This document shows positions 1 through 9,365 of a stretch of DNA of 64,000 nt, piece after piece. The translations under genes and the position numbers were made by a program. Position 1 is the first letter of the stretch. Every line of letters begins with the position of its first letter. The notes under the pieces are model-generated. The model saw nothing but the letters and a program-made list of their open reading frames with translations. It did not search any database and had not been told where the DNA came from. The stretch comes from Phycisphaeraceae bacterium (lineage in GTDB: Bacteria > Planctomycetota > Phycisphaerae > Phycisphaerales > Phycisphaeraceae): the NCBI GenBank assembly GCA_963674705.1, contig OY771506.1, positions 416,001 to 480,000 of the forward strand, read 5' to 3'.

Positions 1-1171
1 CGTAGCTGGTGTACCGCTCGGTGCCCCAGGCGATCACCAGACCGGCGATCAGGCCGGCGATGATCGAGCCCCAGACGCCAAACCATTTGACGGTTTCGAT
101 GTCCTTGAACAGGAAGTAGAGCAGCGCGGCCGAGCCGACAATAATCAGTGCCGAGCTGGCGTAGACACCGAAGTGCAGGCTGTGCAGCAGTTCCTTGAAG
201 CTGGCGTTTTCCTTGGTCTTGACCAGGAAGATAGACAAGATCGAGCAGATGATGCCCAGGCCGGCGAGCGCCGGCGGCGCGACGACCAGTGCCATCGTCT
301 GAGCAAGGCTGAGTTGCATGATCACACCGGCGGCGGCGGCCAGTGCCATCGCGGCGAGGATCGAGCCGTAGTAGGACTCGTAGAGGTCGGCGCCCATGCC
401 GGCGACGTCGCCGACGTTGTCGCCCACGTTGTCCGCGATGGTCGCGGGGTTACGGGCATCGTCTTCGGGAATACCGGCTTCGACCTTACCGACCAGGTCG
501 GCACCGACGTCGGCGGCCTTGGTGTAGATACCGCCACCGACACGGGCGAACAACGCTTGCAGCGAAGCACCCATCGCGAAGCTGAGCGTAATCGTGGTCA
601 GTTCGACGGGCGTGAAGTCACCAACCACGTTCAGCACGATGAACCAGACACTGACGTCCAGCAGTGCAAAACCGGTCACGCACAGGCCCATAACGGCACC
701 CGCACGGAACGCGACCTTCAGGCCGTCGTTCAGCGATTCCTTCGCGGCCGCGGTGGTACGTGCCGAGGCGTTTGTCGCCGTCTTCATGCCCAGGAAGCCG
801 CACAGGCCCGAGAGCACCGAAGCGATCACGACGCCCACAAAGGTCATCTTCGACTGCAGGCCGCTCAGGCCCATCAGCAGCAGGATGATCGCCAGCACGG
901 CGACCACAGCGTAAACGACCTTGGCCTGCCGGCCGAGATAAGCGTAAGCACCTTCACGTACCGCCTTGGCGATACGCACCATCTCCGGTTCCCCCTCGGA
1001 CTGCTTCATGAAACCGAGATAGAAGATGAAGGCGAAGACCAGAGCCAGCACCGCACCGATCGGCGCCAGGAAGTACAGCGGGGGGATATCCCCGATGCCT
1101 TGTCCCAGTGTTAATACGGGTGCAAAAGAGACGGGCTCACAAGCCGATAGTGTCGACCCCATCACGGACAT
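1..1171 (-). CDS. hppA: Membrane-bound Na+/H+-translocating pyrophosphatase, 5' part (runs off window start)
   Basis: Manual translation gives GGGIYTKAADVGADLVGKVEAGIPEDDARNPATIADNVGDNVGDVAGMGADLYESY, the conserved M-PPase motifs. ATG at 1171 has AAGGA upstream. Absent from the ORF track because it is truncated. Confidence 0.95.
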   Translation of the reverse strand, partial: MSVMGSTLSACEPVSFAPVLTLGQGIGDIPPLYFLAPIGAVLALVFAFIFYLGFMKQSEGEPEMVRIAKAVREGAYAYLGRQAKVVYAVVAVLAIILLLMGLSGLQSKMTFVGVVIASVLSGLCGFLGMKTATNASARTTAAAKESLNDGLKVAFRAGAVMGLCVTGFALLDVSVWFIVLNVVGDFTPVELTTITLSFAMGASLQALFARVGGGIYTKAADVGADLVGKVEAGIPEDDARNPATIADNVGDNVGDVAGMGADLYESYYGSILAAMALAAAAGVIMQLSLAQTMALVVAPPALAGLGIICSILSIFLVKTKENASFKELLHSLHFGVYASSALIIVGSAALLYFLFKDIETVKWFGVWGSIIAGLIAGLVIAWGTERYTSY

Positions 1172-1389
1172 GATTGATATTCCTTATGAATAACGGGTAC
1201 GGGATAGATACGGGACCACCAAACGCACCACGGGTCGTAAAATGACCATATGGTCCGTTTCTTGAGTATAACGATTCTGCAAGATAGGTGCAGGCTGCAT
1301 GGAATCAATCCTGCTAGCTGGTGGGAGAACGAAAGAAGTCGGCGGCACGGGGCCCAAGAACAGCACCCCGTAAAGATAAGACCCCGCGC

Positions 1390-1608
1390 TTAGGCGCTGC
1401 GAGGACGACGCGTGACAGGGGGCGCACCATTGGGCACACGCCGTTTGGAACTCTTGCGCATCGCGCGTTGCTTGCGTTCCGAGGGCTTCTCGTAATAAGC
1501 CCGGCGTTTGATGTCCTTGGTCAGGCCTTCCTTTTCACACAGCTTCTTGAAGCGGCGCAACATCTGCTCCGCTGATTCACCGCTGCGTGCTTTGATACGT
1601 ATTGCCAT
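1390..1608 (-). CDS. rpsU: 30S ribosomal protein S21
   Basis: ESAEQMLRRFKKLCEKEGL..KRRAYYEKPSE, S21 signature; start at MAIRIK. Confidence 0.95.
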   Translation of the reverse strand: MAIRIKARSGESAEQMLRRFKKLCEKEGLTKDIKRRAYYEKPSERKQRAMRKSSKRRVPNGAPPVTRRPRSA

Positions 1609-1796
1609 AATGCATGTCGCCTTTCTTGCGTCCGTAAGTTCGGTCCGGTTTAAGCCGTTTAGAGCCACACATTTTGGCAGACGCCAGCCCCAGATGCAAA
1701 TCGACTTCTATGTTCCTGACATCCGCAGGCGGATAGTCACCCGACAAACGCGCAAGTTACTGCAATCAATTTATTTACGAATATCTGCCCGACTGA

Positions 1797-2825
1797 TCAA
1801 TAGCTGTGATCACCGAGCTTCACCTTGCCGCGGAACGTCCAGTAGATCGCCAGCGTGTACGCCAGCACGCACGGCATGCCGAACAGCACCATCATCAGAC
1901 CGATCGTCAGCGTCTTGGAACTGGACGCCGCATGGTAGATCGTCAGCCCCTCGGCCGCCGGGTCCGCCGCCCTGACCATGTTCGGGAACAGGGCCGCTGC
2001 GAACAGGAACACGAACGCCGCGATCGAACAGGAGGAGCTGATAAACGCATAGAACGGCCTGCCCTGGAATAGCGCCCTGGGGATGTTCGCGATCGCCAGC
2101 ACGTTCAGTACCGGCACGATCCAAAGCCACTGGAATTGTTTGAAGTTCTCCACCGCCGCGGGCACTTCGACCAGCGTGAACATCGTCGTGATCAGGTACA
2201 GCACCAGGAACAAACCAAACGTCCGCCAGACGTAACGGTGCACGCGCTTCTGTAAATCGCCTTCGGTTTTCAGGTACAAAAAGATCGAGCCGTGCATCGC
2301 GAACAGCGACACCGTCATAAACCCGACCAGCAGCGAGTAAGGCGTGATCTGATCGAGCAGCGCCCCGGCATACTCGCCCCGCTCATCCAGCGGGATGCCT
2401 TTCATGATCGTCCCGGCCGCGACGCCGAACAGCAGAGGCACGCCCGCGCTTCCAAGGAAAAACGTCGTATCCCAAACGCGACGCCAAGCGCCCGCACCGA
2501 ACTTGCCACGGAACTCCATCGAGACGGCGCGCAGGATCAGGCAGAACAAAAGTGCCATAAACGCCGTGTAAAACCCGGAAAACAGTGTTGCGTACGCCTC
2601 GGGGAACATCGCGAATAACGCCCCACCGAACGTGACAAGCCAGACTTCGTTGCCGTCCCACAACGGTCCGATCGCGTTGATGAAAACACGTCGATCCTCA
2701 TCCGAGCGTGGCACGAACGGGTGCAGGATGCCCACACCCAGATCAAACCCGTCGAGGATCGCGTATCCGATCAGCAACACGCCCATGATCCCGAACCACA
2801 AGATGCAGAGGGTGTCATGATTCAT
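1797..2825 (-). CDS. cydB: Cytochrome bd ubiquinol oxidase subunit II
   Basis: [25 protein letters not shown], multiple TM helices; overlaps the cydA end. Confidence 0.96.
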   Translation of the reverse strand: MNHDTLCILWFGIMGVLLIGYAILDGFDLGVGILHPFVPRSDEDRRVFINAIGPLWDGNEVWLVTFGGALFAMFPEAYATLFSGFYTAFMALLFCLILRAVSMEFRGKFGAGAWRRVWDTTFFLGSAGVPLLFGVAAGTIMKGIPLDERGEYAGALLDQITPYSLLVGFMTVSLFAMHGSIFLYLKTEGDLQKRVHRYVWRTFGLFLVLYLITTMFTLVEVPAAVENFKQFQWLWIVPVLNVLAIANIPRALFQGRPFYAFISSSCSIAAFVFLFAAALFPNMVRAADPAAEGLTIYHAASSSKTLTIGLMMVLFGMPCVLAYTLAIYWTFRGKVKLGDHSY

Positions 2826-4359
2826 CGTCCGCCTCCTGCATCATCCAGGTATCCGTCAGTGAATCGCCGTGACCGGGCCGACGCGCTGCGGTATCCATCA
2901 CGTCCTTCGCCCGGCCACTACCCCGCGCAAGGGGTATGGGGTCGGGCCCTTTGTGAATCTTATGGTTCAACACGATGATCCAGACCAGGAACAGCAAACT
3001 GTAGATCAAGCCGAACATAATGATCGAACCAAGTGTCTGCTCCCCGGAAATCACCGGGCTTACCGCATCGACTGTCCGCAAGCCCTGCGTCTCGTCGTAT
3101 GCAACTTTGCCCGTATCCGGATCGACCACGAGCGAGCCGTCATCGTTCCAATGCACCGGCGGATGCACGACCCAGGGCTGCCGCCCCACTTCCGCTGCAA
3201 CCCACCCCGCCTGGTTCGCCGCCACCGCGCCGAGCACCGCGATCACGAACACCCACATCAGCCAACGCTTATCGAACAGCGTCCCCCGCCAAGCGAGGAA
3301 ACTCGCCAATAGCGTCACCGCGATGAAGAACATGCCCAACCCGATCATCAGCCTGTAACTGGCAAACGGGAGCATGACAGGAGGCCGATCCTCCTTGCGG
3401 AATTTGTCCAGCCCTTCCACGGACTGACTGAAGTTCTCAAACAGCAGGAAACTCAGCCCGCCGGGGATCGCTACATCCCCCTTAATGGTCTGGGATTGCA
3501 CATCGGGCAGGCCGAACACACTCAGATCACCGCGCCCCGTTTCAAAATGCCCTTCAAATGCCGCGAGCTTTGCCGGCTGGGTTTGATAGACCGTCTTGGC
3601 CTGGAAGTGCCCGGAGAATAACGCCGCCAGGCTCGCGATCGTCGCAAAGATCAACGCGCCACGGAACGAACGCTTGGCAAACTCGACATGCTGTTTCTTA
3701 AGAATGTAGTACGCCGAGATACTCAGGATAAAAAACGAACCCATGATGAAGCAGCCGATCAGGACGTGGCTCAGCCGATTGACCGTCGACGGGTTGAACA
3801 CCACCTCCCAGAAGTTCGTGATCTGCGCCCGCATCACGACTTCGCCGTTGACGATCCAAGGCTGGCCGTCGCGCATCATCGGCACGACCTCGTGGCCGGC
3901 GGGCGTCTGCTGCCAACTGTTGGCGACCACGATCCACACCGAGGAGAAGATCGAACCCAGCGCGACCATACACGTCGAGAAAAAGTGCATCTTCGGCCCG
4001 ACCCGGTCCCAGCCGAACACCAGGACTGCCAGGAAACCGGATTCCAGGAAGAAGGCGAAGATCCCCTCCGCCGCGAGCGCCGAACCGAACACATCGCCGA
4101 CGAATCGCGAATACGCCGACCAGTTGGTGCCGAACTGGAACTCCATCACGATCCCGCTGGCGACACCGATCGCGAAGTTCAGCGCGAAGATGCGCGTCCA
4201 GAACTGCTGGGCGATGCGGTAAAGCGGATCGCCCGTCCTGATGTACCTGGCCCCTAGGTAGACCAGCACCACCCCCATGCCGATGGTCAACGGCGGGTAC
4301 AGGTAATGAAACATCACGGTCAGAGCGAACTGAAGACGTGAGAGCAGTACAACATCCAT
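2815..4359 (-). CDS. cydA: Cytochrome bd ubiquinol oxidase subunit I
   Basis: [44 protein letters not shown] motifs. Confidence 0.97.
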   Translation of the reverse strand: MDVVLLSRLQFALTVMFHYLYPPLTIGMGVVLVYLGARYIRTGDPLYRIAQQFWTRIFALNFAIGVASGIVMEFQFGTNWSAYSRFVGDVFGSALAAEGIFAFFLESGFLAVLVFGWDRVGPKMHFFSTCMVALGSIFSSVWIVVANSWQQTPAGHEVVPMMRDGQPWIVNGEVVMRAQITNFWEVVFNPSTVNRLSHVLIGCFIMGSFFILSISAYYILKKQHVEFAKRSFRGALIFATIASLAALFSGHFQAKTVYQTQPAKLAAFEGHFETGRGDLSVFGLPDVQSQTIKGDVAIPGGLSFLLFENFSQSVEGLDKFRKEDRPPVMLPFASYRLMIGLGMFFIAVTLLASFLAWRGTLFDKRWLMWVFVIAVLGAVAANQAGWVAAEVGRQPWVVHPPVHWNDDGSLVVDPDTGKVAYDETQGLRTVDAVSPVISGEQTLGSIIMFGLIYSLLFLVWIIVLNHKIHKGPDPIPLARGSGRAKDVMDTAARRPGHGDSLTDTWMMQEADDES

Positions 4360-4624
4360 GAGCGGACCTCCAATCGGGCTAATGGATGTGGTGCATCACA
4401 ACCCCTGGCCACATCCCCACCCGCGACATTAAGCAGCCGCCCTGACCGGCCTTACCGGTTACTGCTTGATAGTCATAACGATAGACATCCAGCAATTATT
4501 GTCCAGTCAGCAGGTTATCCACCATTGATTCCTGTTCTCATCAAAAATGATTGACGTGTCCTGAATAGCGCGTGATACTGCGCGCATGTGGTTGGCAACT
4601 GACCAATCTGGGGTCCGGGTTCCA

Positions 4625-5602
4625 ATGAAAGTGGTGTATCAACCGTCCTGGCTGACGTGGGTCGCGTCCTGCACAACCTGCCTGCAAGCCCTCGGTGTCG
4701 ACTGCGACCAGGCCGATGTGGCGGGGTACAGCGGTTACGCGTTCCATCTGGCCGTCAGCCAGGAACTTTGTCCCTCGGGCCCAACCATGGTCGATTGGGA
4801 GCGCCTCGCCGCCGCAGGCCGCTGGTTAGGTAGATCCACCACCGCATTCATCAGCAGCGACTGCCACACACCCGAACACGCCAACGACGCAACGCGCGCC
4901 CACTGCCGTGCCGCGTTCGAGTTAGCTAAAAGTGAGATTGAAGCGGGCAGGCCTTGCGTGATCTGGGGGGCGTACGTGCCGGAGTTCGCCGTCTGCGTCG
5001 GCATCGATGGTGAGTCGTACCTCGTCGAGAGCTATAAAAGCCATACAGGCGATCCGCAGCCGCCGATCCCCTACGACGAACTAAACGCGCCCGGCGGGCC
5101 GTATACCCTCGCATTCCCCACGCCGCGCCTCGAACGCCCGAAGCAAAACGATCCCCTGCCCGCGATCGCCGCCAAGTGCGCGATCAATAACGCGATCAGC
5201 TTCGCCAATGGCACCATCCTCGGCGTCCCCCACCGCTACGGCGTCCCCGGCATCGAACTGTGGATCGAATCACTCAAGCAGCACCAGGCCCTCAAATTCG
5301 GCAACGCCTACAACGCCGCCTGCTACGCACAGGCTCGCCGCTACGCACACAGCTTCATTCGTCGTCTTGCCGAAAAACACCCCGTCGCCTCTGCACCACT
5401 CAATCAGGCTGCCGAAGCCTACGACCGCTGCGCCTCGGCGCTTGGCAGAGTCAGCGAGTTGTTCCCCTTCAAAGGGGCCGAAGAAGGCATGGTGGATGAT
5501 GATGTGAAGATCAAAGAAGCGGTTGGATCGCTCGAACTAGCAAAGGCAGCGGAAGCACAGGCTGTGCAATCACTGGCAAAGGCGATCGATAGCCCTTGGT
5601 AG
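4625..5602 (+). CDS. Hypothetical protein, possibly BtrH-N/papain-like fold
   Basis: Clean ORF; SGYAF..CPSGP and IEAGRPCVIWG..PEF resemble BtrH-N-like proteins. Function not assignable. Confidence 0.45.
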   Translation: MKVVYQPSWLTWVASCTTCLQALGVDCDQADVAGYSGYAFHLAVSQELCPSGPTMVDWERLAAAGRWLGRSTTAFISSDCHTPEHANDATRAHCRAAFELAKSEIEAGRPCVIWGAYVPEFAVCVGIDGESYLVESYKSHTGDPQPPIPYDELNAPGGPYTLAFPTPRLERPKQNDPLPAIAAKCAINNAISFANGTILGVPHRYGVPGIELWIESLKQHQALKFGNAYNAACYAQARRYAHSFIRRLAEKHPVASAPLNQAAEAYDRCASALGRVSELFPFKGAEEGMVDDDVKIKEAVGSLELAKAAEAQAVQSLAKAIDSPW

Positions 5603-5633
5603 ATCACCTTCATACAAAGCTGCAGCACCAAGT

Positions 5634-5665
5634 TAACGCCCGGGGATAGCTATCCCCGGGCTTTA
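5634..5665. repeat. REP-like palindrome, left copy
   Basis: GCCCGGGGATAGCTATCCCCGGGC (5638-5661) is a perfect palindrome; 29/32 nt identical to 6299-6330. Confidence 0.85.
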
Positions 5666-6282
5666 GGGTGTTGGGAAGTTGAATCCCCGTTTAACCAGAT
5701 AAACCGCGCCGTCTTGTTTCACATGATCGTAGATGTAGGACGTGATATTGATCTGATGTTTGCGGTCGCGGTTCGGATCGATCTTGGGACGCACACCCCA
5801 GACGGGGCTTTCGGGTTTGAGATGATTTTTGGACAACACGAAGGATGCGTGCTTCCGCGCTCGGCCAATGAAGTGGCGCGGAGCGGGATCACGGCCATCC
5901 TGAAGGATACTCTTAGCGTAACGCTGCGCGACCTCATCAGACAACGACGGGAACCTCGCCAGCAGGTGAAAGTGATTGGACATGATGGCTAGCGCGATTA
6001 CTTCCACTGCGTCTTGCTCAAACTTGTCGATCATCGCATGGCAGATTAATCGTCTCTGTTGTGCGCTGAGTTTGACCGGTGGGTATCGCAACTCGGTCTT
6101 TGATTTTTCAAAGATCGGTGCAAACACGCCGGGGGAGGTGGGTTTCGGTAATCGCCCTCCACATGTTGACGGTGTTGGAATGTACGGAAACCGCGTGGAT
6201 CGCCGCGCAACCATATGCCGTACGTGCTTCCCACAGCGTGATACCAGTTGTTCCATGCATTGGGATTGCGACCACCCGGCAT
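5663..6282 (-). mobile_element. HUH/Y1 (RAYT / IS200-like) transposase, split by a frameshift near 6131-6135
   Basis: N-terminal frame has WYHAVGSTYGIWLRGDPRGF; the downstream frame has VIALAIMSNHFHLL (HUH) and SYIYDH (candidate catalytic Tyr). Flanked by matching palindromes. Confidence 0.75.
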
Positions 6283-6298
6283 ACCTAAAGCGTACCTC

Positions 6299-6330
6299 TA
6301 AAGCCCGGGGATTGCCATCCCCGGGCTTTA
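6299..6330. repeat. REP-like palindrome, right copy
   Basis: TAAAGCCCGGGGAT-TGCC-ATCCCCGGGCTTTA, 14-bp stem with 4-nt loop. Confidence 0.85.
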
Positions 6331-6482
6331 CAAAATCCAGTTTATTACTACCCCAACGCCCATCGCACACAACGCCTTGATCCTCACGCATCAATCGAGG
6401 GATTATCTACAGAGTAGGTCTGATCCCGTTTCCTTCCCTGGTGGCATTCGGGTGCAGCCCCGTGTGGGAAGCCTCACAACGA

Positions 6483-6818
6483 TCACTCAAATTGTTTTAC
6501 GAAGGCCTCGATCGCAGTTGTAACGAATGACAACTGCTCCGTTGAGGCGTCGTCCTTCAGCGGGATGATTCGCAGTACATCCTCCAACCCTATCTTCATC
6601 TGATCAAACTCATGGTTACCATTCTCTTCGGATCCAAAGAATCGTGTGTGGAACATCCACCCGTAGATTCCACACGTGATGGACCAGGGCGCAACTGAGC
6701 CACCTTCTTCCAGTGTGATCCGAGCGCCCAGATCGTGCTCTTCGTCGCGTCGAATGGTACCGCCTTCTGAACCGCTTGTGCCGAGTGAGTTTCCGTCATC
6801 GAAAGCGGCCCATCCCAT
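6483..6818 (-). CDS. Small acidic hypothetical protein
   Basis: 111-aa ORF with GGAG upstream and globular composition (PWSITCGIYGWMFHTRFF). Confidence 0.6.
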   Translation of the reverse strand: MGWAAFDDGNSLGTSGSEGGTIRRDEEHDLGARITLEEGGSVAPWSITCGIYGWMFHTRFFGSEENGNHEFDQMKIGLEDVLRIIPLKDDASTEQLSFVTTAIEAFVKQFE

Positions 6819-6878
6819 TCGATTGCTCCAGAACTAGAAACGGTGAATGATCCTGTATTGGGATATCTATATCATCCC

Positions 6879-7886
6879 TCACGGCCAGATCACAACCTCG
6901 CGCTTCAGCGCGACACCGCTGTGATCCAAGACCGTCTGTTGGATGTGGTCCATCAATGCGATGACATCCGCGGCTTTGGCGCCGGGGTGGGTGAAGATGA
7001 AGTTGGCGTGGCGCTGGGAGACTTCTGCGCCGCCGATGCGGTAGCCTTTCAAGCCTGCCTCATCGATCAGCTTGCCGGCGGACTCTCGTCGGGTCGGTGG
7101 TGGCGGGCCGTCTTCTTCATCGGGCACGTAACCCGGGACGGGAACGTTCGGATTCTTGAACGCGCAGCCGGCGGAGTTTTCGGCCATGGGCTGGGTTGTC
7201 TTCTTGTATAGGAAGATCTCTTTGACGCGGCGGGCGATCTCCTGCGGGTCGGCCTCGTCCATGTCGAACTCAACATCGAGGATGTAGGGCGCGACGATGT
7301 TGGTTGTGCGGTAGCCGAAGACCAGGTCGTCGCGGTCACGGCAATAGGCTTGGCCGTTCTCTGCCATGACGTGGACTTTGTAGACGGTTGAGCCGATGTC
7401 GCCGTACGCCCCGCCGCAGTTCATCCGCACGGCTCCGCCGACGCTTGCCGGGATACCCGCGACGTGTGCCAGTCCCGCCAGCCCCATCTTGGCGCATTCG
7501 AGCACCAGCTTGAACAGGTCCACGCCCGGCCCGGCGGTCAGTTTCGTGCCGTCGACCGTGATCTGGTCAAACGCCGGATCGTCCAGCTTGATGACGATGC
7601 CTGAAACGCCACCATCCTTGACAAGCAGGTTGGCCCCGCTGCCGAGGACGTACGTCGGGATCTCATTTTCGTAGCACTTGGCCGCGAGCGCCGACAACTG
7701 GGCAATGCCCGCCGGATGCGCAAGCACATCGGCCTTGCCGCCCACGCCGTACCACGTCATCTTTTCGCCGATCGGCACGTCGGTTTCGTGACGGATACCC
7801 AGCTCTTCGAGGAGGGCTGTGAGTTGCTTGGGTGTGTGTGTCGTATTCACTTCGCCAGATGCCAATGCCCGCTCCGTCCATGTCAA
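6879..7886 (-). CDS. murB: UDP-N-acetylenolpyruvoylglucosamine reductase
   Basis: LGSGANLLV, GIPASVGGAVRMNCG, SAGCAFKNP, VSQRHANF; exact start uncertain. Confidence 0.95.
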   Translation of the reverse strand: MTWTERALASGEVNTTHTPKQLTALLEELGIRHETDVPIGEKMTWYGVGGKADVLAHPAGIAQLSALAAKCYENEIPTYVLGSGANLLVKDGGVSGIVIKLDDPAFDQITVDGTKLTAGPGVDLFKLVLECAKMGLAGLAHVAGIPASVGGAVRMNCGGAYGDIGSTVYKVHVMAENGQAYCRDRDDLVFGYRTTNIVAPYILDVEFDMDEADPQEIARRVKEIFLYKKTTQPMAENSAGCAFKNPNVPVPGYVPDEEDGPPPPTRRESAGKLIDEAGLKGYRIGGAEVSQRHANFIFTHPGAKAADVIALMDHIQQTVLDHSGVALKREVVIWP

Positions 7887-7962
7887 GGGGTCTATCTACC
7901 AGATACCCCCGTGCCTGAGTGTACCTTGGAATCTGATCGGCGTTGCACAGCTAAACCATTAA

Positions 7963-9183
7963 TTACATCGCCGAGTCTATCCATCCACCGCCCAGCACGC
8001 GGTCCCCGTCGTAACACACCACGGCCTGGCCCGGCGTCACCGCGGCGATCGGCTTATCAAACTTCACCTCCAGCGCGTCCTCAGCAGTAAAACGCACGCG
8101 GCCCGGAGTCGGTTCGCTGTTATAACGGACCTTCACACCGCAAGATCGCCAATCGTCCGGCTTCTCGCCGGCAAGCCAGTTGGTCTGGCTCGCGGTCAGG
8201 CCGCTGGATAACAGGTCTTCCTTGCTGCCGACGGTGACGGTATTGGCTTCGGGGTCCAGGTGCGTGACGTAGATCGGATAGCCCAGCGCGACGCCGACGC
8301 CCCGCCGCTGGCCGATCGTGAAGTGCTGGTGGCCGGGGTGTTCGCCGACGACTTTGCCCTCGCGGTCTACGATCTGGCCGGGCTTCACCTGATCCGGGCT
8401 CCGACGCTCGACTAACCTGGCGTAATCGTTATCCGGCACAAAGCAGATCTCCTGGCTGTCCGGCTTATCCCCGACGCCAAGGCCCATATCCCGGGCACGC
8501 TGACGCACCTCGGATTTATGCATCTCACCGATCGGCAGCAGCATGTCGTCCAGCCGGTCGCGCGAGCTGCCGAACAGGACGTAGCTCTGGTCTTTGTTCG
8601 TATCCAGCCCACGCATGAGTTGTGCGTGCCCGTCGCCGTTGCGCTCGATCCGTGCGTAGTGCCCGCTGGCGATGTAGTCGGCGTCGATCGATTTGGCGTA
8701 ATCGTGCAGCTTCCCGAACTTCAGCCAATCGTTACACCGCACGCAGGGGTTGGGCGTCCGCCCGGCGTTGTACTCCTGCACGAAGTAATTGATGATCCGC
8801 CCGAAGTCCCTTTTGAAGTTCAGGACATAAAAAGGGACGCCCAACCGGGCCGCGACCAGCCTGGCGTCGCTGGCGTCGTTTACAGAGCAGCAGCCCTGAT
8901 GTCGGGTCTCGGGCTTCGGGTATCGGGTATCGGAAGATGCGTTAGGATGGCCCGATTCACCGGATTTACCGACACCCGAATCCCGAGACCCGATACCCGA
9001 CCCGCAGGCTTCTTCCCGGATATTGTCGTATCCATCCGCGATTTCGGCCTCATCCTCGCTGCCGAGGCGCATGAAACAGCCGACCACCTCGTAGCCCCGC
9101 TCGATCAGCAGGGCCGCGGCGACGGAGCTGTCGACCCCGCCAGACATCGCTACAACCACTTTTTTTCCCGCACCTGGTAGCAT
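7963..9183 (-). CDS. mnmA: tRNA 2-thiouridine(34) synthase
   Basis: AMSGGVDSSV, GRTPNPCVRCN, SGHYAR, KDQSY, DSQEICF, TPGQAVV. Confidence 0.97.
   Translation of the reverse strand: MLPGAGKKVVVAMSGGVDSSVAAALLIERGYEVVGCFMRLGSEDEAEIADGYDNIREEACGSGIGSRDSGVGKSGESGHPNASSDTRYPKPETRHQGCCSVNDASDARLVAARLGVPFYVLNFKRDFGRIINYFVQEYNAGRTPNPCVRCNDWLKFGKLHDYAKSIDADYIASGHYARIERNGDGHAQLMRGLDTNKDQSYVLFGSSRDRLDDMLLPIGEMHKSEVRQRARDMGLGVGDKPDSQEICFVPDNDYARLVERRSPDQVKPGQIVDREGKVVGEHPGHQHFTIGQRRGVGVALGYPIYVTHLDPEANTVTVGSKEDLLSSGLTASQTNWLAGEKPDDWRSCGVKVRYNSEPTPGRVRFTAEDALEVKFDKPIAAVTPGQAVVCYDGDRVLGGGWIDSAM
8902..9003. repeat. Inverted heptamer tandem repeat inside mnmA
   Basis: Left arm TCGGGTC-TCGGGCT-TCGGGTA-TCGGGTA-TCGGA; right arm CCGACAC-CCGAATC-CCGAGAC-CCGATAC-CCGACCC. 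Confidence 0.8.
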
Positions 9184-9365
9184 GACCCGTCATTTTAGCC
9201 CATTTGGGACGAACAAAGTAGGTATGATGCACGTCAAATAGCTTTGGGATAATCCCCCAACGAAGTTTGTCCCCGGCCAAGTTCGCCGGTACGCTCATAG
9301 CAACGCATCAGATGTCAGGGGATATCTACACGATCCAACGAACCGGGAAGGATAAGGAGTTGAAG

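Noticed and set aside
173..1114. 313-aa plus-strand ORF
   Set aside because: Antisense shadow of the pyrophosphatase gene, whose motifs are clear on the minus strand.
4387..4400. TGTGG-TGCA-TCACA upstream of cydA as a CRP/FNR/Rex site
   Set aside because: Spacing does not fit the canonical sites; single weak occurrence.
5663..6394. 243-aa ORF as an intact gene
   Set aside because: Its N-terminal part reads through the REP palindrome; the transposase-like N-terminus is in another frame starting at 6282.
6400..6870. Possible integron-like cassette around the 111-aa orphan
   Set aside because: No convincing attC-like paired ends and no integrase seen.
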